From assembly GCA_965205465.1 (NCBI GenBank), contig OZ242187.1, positions 1,588,771-1,652,770 on the forward strand: a stretch of DNA of 64,000 nt. The letters run 5' to 3'. The notes under the pieces were generated by a model. That model was not told the DNA's origin, made no database searches, and saw only the letters and a program-made list of their open reading frames with translations. Below, in pieces: positions 10,040-21,001 of the stretch. Source of the DNA: Candidatus Aldehydirespiratoraceae bacterium (lineage in GTDB: Bacteria; Actinomycetota; Acidimicrobiia; Acidimicrobiales; Aldehydirespiratoraceae). The stretch's first letter is position 1, and the number at the start of each line of letters is the position of its first letter. The translations under genes were made by a program, and so were the position numbers.

Positions 10040-10160
10040 CCCCGGGCAGTGCTGGGGGAACACATCAATGCCATCGCGGCAGCGGTAAGCATACTTGCCA
10101 GTGGGGAGGGGGGTCAGGGTTCCGAATGGACTCTCGGCACCGGAGCAGCACACGCAGGAG
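10040..10160. repeat. Diverged, internally deleted copy of the 16422-16617 intergenic region
   Basis: Shared blocks CCATCGCGGC..CGGTAAGCATACTTGCC and GTCAGGGTTCCGA.TGGACTCTC.GCACCG. Confidence 0.8.
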
Positions 10161-11935
10161 CGAAATCAGCAAAAAGAAAAGGAACCGCGTGCGTTTCGCC
10201 CAGTTGCAAGCTGGCGGTTTGGGCGTGGCAGTATCCGGCGATGAGTAAACGGACTGATGACCTCTTGACGCGGATGACGTTCAGATCGGTCTACTCAGCG
10301 TCTAGCGAGGCCAGTAGTTGCTCCAACCGATGCGCCTGGTGAGTGGCATTAAGATAATCGTTGTATTGTTCGCGGGCGTTTCGAACGAGTTGACGGTACA
10401 ACCTGTAGCGGCCATTTATTTCTCGCAACCGGTTGGCGATCAACTCGTCATCGTCACGGAATGAGCGACTACTTCTTACTTTCGGTGCCTTACCGAGTAC
10501 GAATACAACTTCTATACGCTCTCCGCCACGTTCGTCTTGCTCCAATACCGAAGTCACCGCGTCATAATACTTCGATCCCTGTTCGATGAGTTCGTCGATG
10601 TTACAAGAGCGATTGTATCGCTTCAGTTCCACGATCACATGTGTGCCCGCTGCCTCCCGATATCTAATGTCAGGATAACCACGGATCGTTTCGCCTCTGC
10701 GGTCCATTGGAAATATGCCCGGCGCGATCTTGTTAAGGTGTTGTTCCATATGCGCATCTTCAGTGGCTCTCTCCCAAGAAGGATCCAAGAGCCAAAGATG
10801 GTCAAAGACATGTTCTTGCACAACGCGTTCGTATTCGTTGTCGTCGGTGAGGTCTTCGAGTTTCTGTATTGCTCCCACGCGCCCGCGAAGTATGTCAGCC
10901 CAAAGACTTGCCTCATAATCGTCTTGGGCCCCAAAGAGTTGCAACAGGTGTTCGGCATTGAGTGTGCTCAACTGGTCAAGTTCATCAGATTTCTCCCGTA
11001 AGCCGATCCGCGCGAAGGCAAGCACACCGGATCGATATAGCGATACTCGGCTTTCCCTCTCGTGGCGTTGATCCAATGTCAATGCCGCGATCGTGGAGAT
11101 CATCTTGGTAGCAGGGTCTTGTTGCCAATCAGGTAGCGCGTCTCGCCAGGTCTCTAGCGCAGGGAACTCTTTAAACGCATCCTTGGATTTGCGTTTAGGT
11201 CGCTCGGCATTCCATTCATTTGATGCGTCTTGAAACGCGTCTCGCAGAAACGCGTGCAATCCTCGCACCCGCGGGTCGTCTTCAATCAGTCTCTGTCGGT
11301 CACTAGTGGCGATGTCGGGCTCTTCGTCAACATCAAGGAAATCGGCTTCGATCTGACCCGTGACATAGCTGCCGAAGACTCGCGAGAAATCCAGTTTGTC
11401 GATTATTCCTTCATGGATCGGGCGCTTGCGGGCCAGTACCATAATGTTCTTGAGTGAGCCCCCTTCGCCATCGTCGGCCAGGTCCGACGGGGTCCGGGCC
11501 GTGCCGATCCAGCCGCGCACTTCCCAGTCGTCGCGGCCTTCGACGTTGCACTCGTCAAGAACAAACCTTTTTGTATCGTCTGGCAACGCATGATCTGGCA
11601 ACCGCTGTTCGCCGAACTCCCACAGGAATTCGAGCCGCTTCAATTCCTGTCGGTCTTCAAATGTCAGTTGCTTGCCGTCGATTTCGATCTTGAATCCACC
11701 CTGTTCCTGTGGTGTCTGGTCTAAAACGTCGAACCGGCGGGCGAGCCGCTTGCGGAGAGCAGCCGCGGTCAGCGAGACACGCGTGCTGGTAAGACGATTC
11801 AAAACGATTGTTGTACCCGCGCCAGCGTGGTCCTCCGGAACTTCAACCTTCTCAGGATGATATTCTTGGCGTGAGGTAATTCGCTCCTTGAGATCTTCAG
11901 CGACAATTCTGCATCCAGTGCTCTCTTCGTTCTTA

Positions 11936-12893
11936 GGGGTTGCGCGGATAGGCGGTCAGCGGGGGCACCATCGGTCTCGGTAGTTGAGTAGTTTGCCGAC
12001 GATGATGATGGTGGTGGCTAGGCATAGGGCGGCGTGGCGGTGTGTGTTGCGGCGGTCGGTGTTACGGCGGAGTTGTCCGTAGTTGGACAGCCAGGAGTTG
12101 GTGGATTCGACTATCCAGCGCAGTCCGAGGTGTATGGGTTGTTGGGTCCCTGGGGTTTTGGTGCCGCGGCGTTGGATGCACACATCGTGAAGGCCCAGCG
12201 CGGCGAGCCGGTCGCGCACTGCGGGGTAGTCGTAGCCGCGGTCTAGGTGCAGCGTTTCGATGTCGTCAAGGAGTCTGTTGTCGGCAACGGCTGCAAGGGT
12301 GGGTTCCAGCAGGCGGATGTCGTTGCGGTTGGCGCCGTCGATGGCCCAGCCAACTGGAACGCCGTGACGGTCCGACGCTACTGACCATTTCCATCCCATT
12401 TTGGCTCTGTCTGTGGGGTTTGGGCCGGTGCCTTCGCCTCCGCAGGGGGCTTTGTGAAGCGACCCGTCGAGCGCGACCTCAGACAAGTCGAGGCCCACGA
12501 TCCGGTCAAAGGCTTCCAGCGCCTCGCCGCAAACCCGGTCGAACACCCCGACCGCGATCCATTCGTCGCGGCGGCCCCGAAGCGTGGTGTCAGACACCTC
12601 AAAATCCATGATCGCTTCCACATCGACCCACGACGCCCCCGTCACCAACCGGATCATGATCCCCCGAAAACACACCCTGTCAGGGATCCGCGGTCGGTGA
12701 CAACCCAACGGATGGCCCCGATCCGGCGGCGGCAACAACCACTTGACCGCCGCCCATACAGCATCAAACACTTCCGGCTCCAGCGCGCGCATAATGACAG
12801 AAACCTCCACCTGGTCGTCGTTGGTTAGGTCAACCCAAAGTTCACTTCGGGCAACCCGACGACCGGTGGATGGTCACCTATCCGCGCGGCCCC
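11936..12893 (-). mobile_element. IS5-family insertion sequence (~958 bp)
   Basis: Imperfect terminal IRs GGGGTTGCGCGGATAGG / GGGGCCGCGCGGATAGG; TTA target duplication at 11933-11935 and 12894-12896. Confidence 0.9.
11956..12810 (-). CDS. IS5-family DDE transposase
   Basis: HPLGCHRPRIPDR, ALDGS, LDRGYD, RWIVESTNSWL...LRRNTDR. Confidence 0.92.
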   Translation of the reverse strand: MEVSVIMRALEPEVFDAVWAAVKWLLPPPDRGHPLGCHRPRIPDRVCFRGIMIRLVTGASWVDVEAIMDFEVSDTTLRGRRDEWIAVGVFDRVCGEALEAFDRIVGLDLSEVALDGSLHKAPCGGEGTGPNPTDRAKMGWKWSVASDRHGVPVGWAIDGANRNDIRLLEPTLAAVADNRLLDDIETLHLDRGYDYPAVRDRLAALGLHDVCIQRRGTKTPGTQQPIHLGLRWIVESTNSWLSNYGQLRRNTDRRNTHRHAALCLATTIIIVGKLLNYRDRWCPR

Positions 12894-13253
12894 TTAGTCG
12901 TATAGATGAAGATCTCATCTGCAATAGAGAAAACACTCAATTTACCGATACCCTTTCGACCCATAAACGGACGGTGCCACACGTCGGAGTGCGGTCCCTC
13001 AACCTGCCGCTTCTGATATCCGGTTACGAGAAATCGGTTGTTGAGTTCTTGTTGAGTCATCCCGCTGCCGTTGTCCGACACTTCGACGCTGGATTCTTTC
13101 ACATTCCACCGAATCTTAACGAGTGTTGCGTCAGCGTCGTAAGCGTTTGCAACCAGTTCAGTAAGCACCGCGGCTGCGTTGCTGTACAGTTTGATACCGA
13201 GCGCCTCAAGGGCTCCCATATCAATGGTCATGGTGAACGGATGAGCGTTACTC

Positions 13254-14369
13254 TCACTCATGAAGTTGCCCCAAGTTTTGGATAAACCTGCGTCCGATGG
13301 CTTCTCCGAGCGGCGGCGGGACAGCGTTTCCTATGTGCCGGCCGAGCGATGTCAGAGGCGCGGATTCCCCGTCGGGCGTGAATTGGTAGTTCTCAGGAAA
13401 GCCTTGGAGAATAGCTGCCTCACGCAGGGAGATGGTTCGGTTCTGTTCGGGGTGACCGAAGCGGCCGGCTCCGAAGTTGTGGAAGTAGGTCGTGATTGTC
13501 GGGGACGGCTTGTCCCAGCCCATGCGGGCGTACGCATTCTTGAACGCGGCCCCGCTGGCGCGCCGATGGCATTGGGCCCGCAATTCTGCTGGCCAGTCGT
13601 GCCATGTACCTCCCGGCTTGGACACCATCATTCGCTTCAGGTTGAGCTCCGACAGGCCGCGGCTGCGATGCACCGGGTCAGCTTCATGGGAGTGGCCAGC
13701 TTCGATTGGCGGAAGATACCCAATGGCCTGTCGAACAGTCTTTGGGGGTTGGCTGCGCTGGTCTCCCTCCGGCACCGTCGCAGTGCCCAGCCGGGAAGCG
13801 ACCAGTACGACGCGGCGACGGTTCTGAGCGAGTCCGTAGTCGGTACACCTGCATACATCGATGTCCACGGAGTAGCCGAGGCACTCGAGCATTTTTACGA
13901 AGTCTCCGAACACCGCCTTGCGCTTAATACGAGGGACGTTCTCGGTGGTGACGAATTCCGGTTGTGTCTCGGCTACCAGTCGGCCCAACTCGCGCAAGAG
14001 CTCCCATCGGCCGTCACTTGACGGACTCACGCCCTTGCGATACGACGAGAACGGCTGGCACGGCGCGCACCCGGCCAAGAGCCTCGTGGCACCCTCGGGC
14101 CATAGGCTGGACAGTTCCTCAGCGGTGATGTCTCGAACGTCGCGCTCGATGAACTGAGCGCGACTCACGTTCGCTTCGAAAGGAAACCGGCACGACCCGT
14201 CTACATCGATGCCCGCTACTACATCGACGCCCGCTGCTGCCAAGCCGTAGGAAAGCCCCCCGATGCCGCAGAAGACATCTATCGCGGCGATCCCATTTCC
14301 ATCGGACGCGGCCGCCATGTCGGTTCGCGGCTCCGTCAGCACCGGTCCGTCCCGGTCTTCCGTCTCCAT
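13254..14369 (-). CDS. DNA cytosine-C5 methyltransferase
   Basis: DVFCGIGG (I), GCAPCQPFS (IV), ENV (VI), QNRRR (VIII), IGNAVPP (X); TGATG coupling to the upstream MTase and overlap with the endonuclease start. Confidence 0.93.
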   Translation of the reverse strand: METEDRDGPVLTEPRTDMAAASDGNGIAAIDVFCGIGGLSYGLAAAGVDVVAGIDVDGSCRFPFEANVSRAQFIERDVRDITAEELSSLWPEGATRLLAGCAPCQPFSSYRKGVSPSSDGRWELLRELGRLVAETQPEFVTTENVPRIKRKAVFGDFVKMLECLGYSVDIDVCRCTDYGLAQNRRRVVLVASRLGTATVPEGDQRSQPPKTVRQAIGYLPPIEAGHSHEADPVHRSRGLSELNLKRMMVSKPGGTWHDWPAELRAQCHRRASGAAFKNAYARMGWDKPSPTITTYFHNFGAGRFGHPEQNRTISLREAAILQGFPENYQFTPDGESAPLTSLGRHIGNAVPPPLGEAIGRRFIQNLGQLHE

Positions 14370-16117
14370 CAGCAGCCCCTTCGTGCCGCCGCTCGGCGGC
14401 CTGTGGCCTCTTCGCTCAGCCCCAAGGATGCCAGAGACTCGCCCGATTCGAGCCAACTCCTAGGCGGCACCATGATCCGCTCCATCTCTTTGGGCTCAAA
14501 CTTGGCGAGGCCGCCGGCGTACATGCGGCCCCCTGACAGGCTGGCCCGATCACGGAGCGAGCATGCCAACCGGTGCAGCGCCGCGTCGGACATAGGGTCA
14601 ACCGGATAGATGCCGTGTACCGCGTTGAGATTGCGGGCCTCAGCCGAGTTGCGCACGAACGTCGGCGGGCGCCGAGCCATGTATGTGGCCAGGATTGGCG
14701 CCGAGTCGCGCAGCTTTACCGCCCACCACGGGTTTCGGTGCCGGGCGGTGTAACCGTCGGCAACACCATCGCGTCGAGCGACCTCCAAGAATCGCTCCAC
14801 CAGCGCGCGACACTTCTCGTCGAGAGTGTCAAGGTCGGCGGGCAGATCAATCACCGCTCGCAGCGCGCCGGAGTCATCGAGCACAGCAGAACCCAAAGCA
14901 AAAAGCTCCGACGCCTTGGTCACCGCGGGCCGAAGCACTGAGTCAGGCAGACGGGGATCGCCTTGGCCGGTCACCCACACCGCGTTCGCGCCCGTGGCGG
15001 TTCCGCGGTGGACCCGGCACAGTTCTCCTAGCGGCACGAACTCCCTCGGCACCGCGACTCGCGGCTCCAACAGCGAAGACCAACGCTGCGTTGACCGCAG
15101 CTGGGCACGGCCGAATGGTGTACCACCGCGTAAGCCTCGTAGCTCACTCACTGAGTCAACTTTGCACACCCGGACCGGGTGCCGCTGCTGGCCGACTTCG
15201 AACGCAGTCACCGCCGCCGTGGTCATGACCCCGGCAAAGGCAGGCGCTCGGGCATCCACGATGTGTATCGACAGAGCACCCAGCGGGCCAGCCACGAGTT
15301 CACGGGCCAACCGTCCGTAAGCTACATCAAGCCATTCCGACGAAGTGACGAAGACGCCGTAGTCACCTACACGGGCGAGATGTGCAGTCGCGAGCAGGAA
15401 GTGCACATGCATGCCTGCGAGCGCGGACGCCTTCAGACCCAGATCAGCGGCACGACGGCGTAGCCAGTCTTTCCATTCCTGGGTGATGCCGTGATGACGC
15501 ACATACGGTGGGTTGCCGATGAACGCCGTTGAGAAAGATACCGACGACAACCGCAGCGAGCGGTAATCACATACATGCATACGCGAGCGCGTGTCCAGAC
15601 CCAGCACGGTCAAGTTCGCACGTGTGATCAGCGCAGCAAGGGAATCAAGCTCGACGGCCACCAACTCCGCGTCGGGCAGCAACGGACCCACCGCGCATAG
15701 GAACCGCCCCGAACCCGCCCCCGGGTCCACCACACGTCCCGGGTGCCCAAAACCGGCCAGCCACTCCGACATAGGTTGCACCAGCGCCGCCGGTGTGTAC
15801 GTGGCACCCAAGCTGCGGCGACGTTCAGCCGAACGCAGGCGTACTAGAGCGTTGCCCAACGGATCGCCCCCTGCCCGAATCTCCGTTCGCCAAGTCTCCA
15901 GCGTCCCAGAAGTCGGCGTATCCGCTGCGTCACGCACCAATGACGCTTCGGTTTCGCTCAACTCGACAAGTGCGCCACCGCGAGCGAGCATCCACGCAGC
16001 CGCGCACAGCGTCCGCTCATCGTAGATACCAGCCTCACCCGCAGAAACCATACGCGGCGGGTCTTCCCACCCTGACTCTCGGTCTTTGAGACTGCTCGAC
16101 CTAACCGGCGTTTCCAT
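14369..16117 (-). CDS. N6-adenine DNA methyltransferase (gamma class, XamI/Eco57I-like)
   Basis: GATYTP, VVDPGAGSGRF (motif I) before GNPPY (motif IV); C-terminal YAGGLAKFEPKEMER. Confidence 0.88.
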   Translation of the reverse strand: METPVRSSSLKDRESGWEDPPRMVSAGEAGIYDERTLCAAAWMLARGGALVELSETEASLVRDAADTPTSGTLETWRTEIRAGGDPLGNALVRLRSAERRRSLGATYTPAALVQPMSEWLAGFGHPGRVVDPGAGSGRFLCAVGPLLPDAELVAVELDSLAALITRANLTVLGLDTRSRMHVCDYRSLRLSSVSFSTAFIGNPPYVRHHGITQEWKDWLRRRAADLGLKASALAGMHVHFLLATAHLARVGDYGVFVTSSEWLDVAYGRLARELVAGPLGALSIHIVDARAPAFAGVMTTAAVTAFEVGQQRHPVRVCKVDSVSELRGLRGGTPFGRAQLRSTQRWSSLLEPRVAVPREFVPLGELCRVHRGTATGANAVWVTGQGDPRLPDSVLRPAVTKASELFALGSAVLDDSGALRAVIDLPADLDTLDEKCRALVERFLEVARRDGVADGYTARHRNPWWAVKLRDSAPILATYMARRPPTFVRNSAEARNLNAVHGIYPVDPMSDAALHRLACSLRDRASLSGGRMYAGGLAKFEPKEMERIMVPPRSWLESGESLASLGLSEEATGRRAAARRGC

Positions 16118-16309
16118 CCGCTGCCCCGTATGAATCTAATTGGATTTGATATAACTCTACTCTATTTGAGTCTGGTAGCATTGCATTGCCTTTGCAACGC
16201 GTCGAACAGCGAAATTGTCCATCCCTCAGGTGGACAACAGGAGATGCTTGGAGGTGGTGGACAGGGCGACAGCGGTTGAGGGCGTCAAGGCTGAGCCAGC
16301 CGTCTCTGA

Positions 16310-16395
16310 TGCTGATATCGCCGACCACCGGTGCTGCACCGGTGCCATCAACGATGGTCCCAGCTCTGATTTGCGTGTCGAGCATCGCTTCGTCC
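16310..16395 (-). repeat. Diverged copy of the D-aminoacylase RBS and first ~28 codons (~7538-7623)
   Basis: MLDTQIRAGTIVDGTGAAPVVGDISIRDG vs MLDMIIRGGSVVDGTGAAPAVGDVGIRDG. Confidence 0.85.
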
Positions 16396-16656
16396 CCCTC
16401 AAGGGCACCGTATTCGGTTCGAGCCCCGAGCAGTGCTGCAGGGATCACACCAATACCATCGCGGCGACGGTAAGCATACTTGCCGGATGTGACAGCCGCG
16501 GTATCGGCTGGTCGCGACCACCTACGCTACCTTTTGGAGGGTTTCTACGCTACCAATTGGAGGGCTGTCAGGGTTCCGAGTGGACTCTCAGCACCGAAGG
16601 AGCGCAAACACCAGCAGAACTGGGAGCCTTGAAGTGCGACCATGTAGGTTGCGGCG

Positions 16657-19242
16657 ATGAGCAGACGGATTGATGAACTCCTGGCGCAGATGACCACCGA
16701 AGAGAAGGTGGCCATGGTGACGGGTGGCGACATGTGGCACACCCGAGGCATTGAGCGACTCGGCGTCCCAAAACTGAAGGTGACCGATGGCCCCAACGGT
16801 GCTCGCGGCGACGGGCTCATGGGTACCGGCAGCCGCACGGCATGCATACCGAGCGGTGCTGTCTTGGGCGCAACCTGGGATCCGGGTCTCGTAGAGGAAT
16901 TGGGGGAGCTGTTGGGCGACGAAGCCCTGTCGAAACGTTCACAAGTGTTGTTGGCCCCCACGATCAACTTGCACCGTTCCCCCAAAGGCGGACGCAATTT
17001 TGAGTCGTTCAGCGAGGATCCGATCCTTACGGGGCGTATGGCTGCAGCTTTTGTGCGGGGGGTGCAGTCGCGTGGCGTAGCAACAACCGCCAAACACTTT
17101 GTGGGCAACGATTCTGAGTTTGAACGCAACAGCATCGACACCCAAGTCGATGAGCGAACCCTGCGCGAACTGTATCTGGTGCCCTTCGAGCACGCCGTCA
17201 AAGATGGCGGTTCTTGGGGGATCATGTCGGCCTACAACCGGCTCAACGGCACGTTCTGTGCGGACAATCATTGGCTGCTCACCACCGTGCTGCGCGAGGA
17301 GTGGGGTTTTGACGGTTTCGTGGTGACCGACTGGTTCGGGGCGCGTTCCACAATCGACATGGCGAACGCCGGGTTGAGTTTGGAGATGCCCGGCGAGGGT
17401 CGCTGGTATGGCAATCTGCTCACCGATGCGGTCAACAACGGTGAGGTGTCCCCCAGCGCCCTTGATCGCATCGCCGCAGACGTCTTGACACTGATGGAAC
17501 GTACTGGCGCGCTGGACCACGACAACGATTTCACCGAGACCGAACTGGACCGAGCCGAGGACCGGGCCTTGATTCGTCGTGCCGCGGCGGCCGGTTCGGT
17601 GTTGTTGCGCAACGACGGGGTGCTGCCGCTCAATCCCGCCGCGATCACCAAGTTGGCCGTGATCGGTCCCAATGCTTTCAACGCCAAGGTGATGGGCGGC
17701 GGTTCCGCCAAGGTCAAGGCTTACCGCGCGACCTCGCCAGTGGATGCTCTGAGCGCACGATTGCCCGATGCCGAGGTTGTCTGGGAGAGGGGTTGCGACA
17801 TTGACCGCACTTGCCCAGCCTTGACGGAACCGCTGGTGCAGGGGCCAGTTACCGTTCAGTACTTCGATGGCTTTGATCTAGACCACCCCGGCGACGCCGA
17901 AACCGGAGGCCGAGCCACCAAAGCCAAAGCGACGATCCAAGCCGGCAGCTTCGATTTCATGGCTTTCGGGCCACCCGCTCCAGGGGTGTCCGGTGAGACT
18001 TACTCACTACGAGCAACAGCAACGGTTGTGCCAACATCAACTGCGCGATATGAGTTCCGCCTGGTTCAGTGCGGACGGGCTCGTGTCTTGGTCGACGGTG
18101 AGGTGGTGCTCGACGCAACCACTGGCGACTATCCGCGAGGTGGCGCTTTCTTTGGATTTGGTACCGAGGAGCTCCCTGCCACGGTCGATCTGGTCGAGGG
18201 GCAACCGATTGAGGTGACCGCCGAGTTCTCAAACCGCGATTCGACGCTCTTGTCGGGCCTGAAACTGGGTCTGCGGTCAACCGAGGAGGAGGATCTCCTC
18301 GGTCAGGCCGTGACACTGGCTGCCAACAGTGACGTAGCAGTCGTGGTGGTTGGTACCAACGATGATTGGGAGACCGAGGGGCGAGATCGGGACCTGTGGG
18401 AACTCCCGGGTGATCAGCCCGAGTTGATTCGCCGTGTGGCCGCGGTAAACGAGCGAACAATCGTGATCCTCAATGTTGGTTCGCCTCACGATCTGAGTTG
18501 GCTCGATGACCCCGCCGCGGTGCTGTCAGTTGGTTTTGCTGGTCAGGAACTCGGCGATGCCATCGTCGACATGTTGCTCGGCGAGGTTGAGCCGAGCGGG
18601 CGGGCACCGACCACTGTCGGGACTCGTTACGAGCATTTCGGTGCTTACCTGAACTATCCGGGTGACAATTCGATTGTTCGCTATGGCGAGGGTTTGTTCA
18701 CGGGTCACCGTTTCCACGACGCGATGGGGCTTGAACCGGCGGTGGAACTCGGGTTTGGTTTGTCGTATACGACTTTTGCAATGTCTGAGCCGCGCATCAT
18801 GTCTGAAGCAAGCAACGTGTCTGGGCCGAGCGCTACTACTGGTAGCACTGTCGCTGTTGAAGTTGATGTGACCAATACCGGTGATCGGCACGGTTCTGAG
18901 GTCGTGCAGGTGTATGTCGAGCCGCTGGATCCTGAGATTATTCGGCCTGTACGCGAGCTGAAGGCGTTCCAGAAGGTAGCCCTTGATCCCGGCGAGACGG
19001 CGACGGTCAGACTTGATCTGGACGCTCGTGCCTTTGCCTACTACGACATCGGCGACCCGATCTGGGACGAGTTGAGGAACGCTGGTCCGGTGCCCGCCGA
19101 GGGAGAGGGGCTTCATCGAACCGAGGCAGGTTGGTATGTGGACCCGGGTGAGTACCGGATCGTGTCTGGTCGATCTTCTCGCGATTTCTCGGGTACAGCG
19201 GTGCTCACTTTGACCGGCGAGGCAGCACATCTCAACGCATAG
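16657..19242 (+). CDS. GH3 beta-glucosidase with PA14 insert and C-terminal Fn3-like domain
   Basis: TDGPNGARG, GGRNFESFSEDP, KHF, MSAYN, VVTDW nucleophile, EGRDR, GLSYT, RELKAF. Confidence 0.93.
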   Translation: MSRRIDELLAQMTTEEKVAMVTGGDMWHTRGIERLGVPKLKVTDGPNGARGDGLMGTGSRTACIPSGAVLGATWDPGLVEELGELLGDEALSKRSQVLLAPTINLHRSPKGGRNFESFSEDPILTGRMAAAFVRGVQSRGVATTAKHFVGNDSEFERNSIDTQVDERTLRELYLVPFEHAVKDGGSWGIMSAYNRLNGTFCADNHWLLTTVLREEWGFDGFVVTDWFGARSTIDMANAGLSLEMPGEGRWYGNLLTDAVNNGEVSPSALDRIAADVLTLMERTGALDHDNDFTETELDRAEDRALIRRAAAAGSVLLRNDGVLPLNPAAITKLAVIGPNAFNAKVMGGGSAKVKAYRATSPVDALSARLPDAEVVWERGCDIDRTCPALTEPLVQGPVTVQYFDGFDLDHPGDAETGGRATKAKATIQAGSFDFMAFGPPAPGVSGETYSLRATATVVPTSTARYEFRLVQCGRARVLVDGEVVLDATTGDYPRGGAFFGFGTEELPATVDLVEGQPIEVTAEFSNRDSTLLSGLKLGLRSTEEEDLLGQAVTLAANSDVAVVVVGTNDDWETEGRDRDLWELPGDQPELIRRVAAVNERTIVILNVGSPHDLSWLDDPAAVLSVGFAGQELGDAIVDMLLGEVEPSGRAPTTVGTRYEHFGAYLNYPGDNSIVRYGEGLFTGHRFHDAMGLEPAVELGFGLSYTTFAMSEPRIMSEASNVSGPSATTGSTVAVEVDVTNTGDRHGSEVVQVYVEPLDPEIIRPVRELKAFQKVALDPGETATVRLDLDARAFAYYDIGDPIWDELRNAGPVPAEGEGLHRTEAGWYVDPGEYRIVSGRSSRDFSGTAVLTLTGEAAHLNA

Positions 19243-19379
19243 ACTCGCCCTGCTCCTAAATCTGCGCGATTAACTACATATGTTGTGGTTTATCGCGCAG
19301 ATTTAGGCGGGTTGTGGGAACGCAGCGAAGCGCGACGGTGTTTCTGAAAGCGTAGGATCTAACCGAGGAGAAACTGACA

Positions 19380-20012
19380 ATGCTGTTTCGACGAGACAAG
19401 CAAACAATGCCCAGCCCCGAAGAGGCGCTTGAGGGGCGGCCCGATCCACTACCTGTGCAGGAGAAACATCTCGTTCTCGGCACACCACTGGAGGGTCCAT
19501 ATCCGCAAGGCTTCAAGACTGCAATGTTCGGACTCGGCTGTTTCTGGGGTTCAGAGCGTTTCTATTGGCAACTCGATGGTGTCTATACGACCGCCGTGGG
19601 ATACGCGGGCGGTTACACGCCGAACCCGTACTACGAGGAGGTTTGTTCTGGGCGCACCGGGCACAACGAGGTTGTCTTCGTCGTGTTCGACCCCGAAGTC
19701 GTCAGCTATGAAGATCTGCTCGCAGTGTTTTGGGAGGTGCACGACCCCACCCAGTTCATGCGTCAACACAACGACATCGGTACCCAGTACCGCAGCGAGA
19801 TCTACGTCTATGACGAGGCTCAGAGAGCCGCGGCTGCGGCCAGCCTCGACAAATACCAAGGGCTACTGAACGGGGCCGGATACGGCGAGATCGCCACCAC
19901 CGTGGTGGACGCGCCGGTCTTCTATTTTGCCGAGGAATACCATCAGCAGTATCTCCACCGGAACCCCGGCGGATACTGCAACCACGGCGTCTGCCAGGTC
20001 CGCTACGCCTGA
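19380..20012 (+). CDS. msrA: Peptide-methionine (S)-S-oxide reductase
   Basis: [34 protein letters not shown]. Confidence 0.96.
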   Translation: MLFRRDKQTMPSPEEALEGRPDPLPVQEKHLVLGTPLEGPYPQGFKTAMFGLGCFWGSERFYWQLDGVYTTAVGYAGGYTPNPYYEEVCSGRTGHNEVVFVVFDPEVVSYEDLLAVFWEVHDPTQFMRQHNDIGTQYRSEIYVYDEAQRAAAAASLDKYQGLLNGAGYGEIATTVVDAPVFYFAEEYHQQYLHRNPGGYCNHGVCQVRYA

Positions 20013-20065
20013 CCAGCCGGTTGGGTCAGGCGCCGATCAGTCCGCCGATCAGATCAAGGGGTTGA

Positions 20066-21001
20066 TCAGATCGACTGGCTCGGGAAACCGGGGCCTTCGT
20101 GATCAAGTCCGTCCATGCCTGCATTGAGGCGGGCCTCGCTCATCAACTCCGCCATCACCGGGCCGAGTTCGGTCGGATCGTCGGGCTGCTCGGCGGTCGG
20201 ACCAAGATGCCAACCTTCGGCGATCCCGAGGTGGCGCCCGCGAATATCAAAGACCCGGCCAGTGACCTTGCCCGCCTCGGGGCTGGCCAACCAGGTGGTG
20301 ACCACCGCTATCCAACGCGGGGACATGGCCTCCATGGCCGACTCGGTAAGGTTCTCCGCGCCACCCATCAACGGCAGAGTGAGGCGAGAAACAGCCGTGG
20401 GAGCCAGGCAATTCACTGTCACGCCATACTTCACTAGTTCTTGCGCGGTGATGATCGTAAAGGCCGCGATTCCAGCTTTGGCCGCACCGTAGTTGGATTG
20501 ACCGACGTTGCCGTAGATTCCGGAGGGTGAGGCGGTGTTGATGATGCGGCCGTAGGCTTCGCCCCCCGACTTGACCTGGGCCCGCCAGTGGACCGCGGCG
20601 TGATGCGACGGTCCGAACGTGCCCTTCAGGTGGACCGCGAGCACTGCGTCCCAGTCGTCCTCGCTCATCGAGAACACCATGCGGTCACGCAAGATTCCGG
20701 CGTTGTTGACGACGATGTTGATATCGCCGTAGGTGTCGATCGCTTGATCGATCATGGCCTTGGCTTCGTCGAACTTAGCCACGTTGCCGCCATTGACAAC
20801 GGCCTCACCACCCATCGCCTCGATCTCAGCGACGACCTCTTGTGCCGGGGTCAAGCTGCCGGGACCGCCGAACTCGTCGCCACCGAGATCGTTGACGACG
20901 ATTTTGGCACCGTGTTCGGCCATCATGATGGCGTGGTCGCGACCGATGCCGCGGCCTGCGCCGGTGATGAGAGCGACCTTGCCCTCAAGCAGCTTTCCCA
21001 T
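20066..21001 (-). CDS. Short-chain dehydrogenase/reductase (MFE-2-like)
   Basis: TGAGRGIG, NNAGILRD, NYGAAK. Confidence 0.92.
   Translation of the reverse strand: MGKLLEGKVALITGAGRGIGRDHAIMMAEHGAKIVVNDLGGDEFGGPGSLTPAQEVVAEIEAMGGEAVVNGGNVAKFDEAKAMIDQAIDTYGDINIVVNNAGILRDRMVFSMSEDDWDAVLAVHLKGTFGPSHHAAVHWRAQVKSGGEAYGRIINTASPSGIYGNVGQSNYGAAKAGIAAFTIITAQELVKYGVTVNCLAPTAVSRLTLPLMGGAENLTESAMEAMSPRWIAVVTTWLASPEAGKVTGRVFDIRGRHLGIAEGWHLGPTAEQPDDPTELGPVMAELMSEARLNAGMDGLDHEGPGFPSQSI

Larger units (their letters stand above)
10291..13261 (-). pseudogene. GHKL/MORC-type ATPase-restriction endonuclease (HgiDII/BbrUII-like), interrupted by IS5
   Basis: ELVANAYDADA, DNGSGM, MGRKGIGKLS GHKL motifs; C-terminal PD...VELKR nuclease motif; removing the IS and one TTA rejoins IYTTK-NEEST...LNRL in frame (~669 aa). 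Confidence 0.85.
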
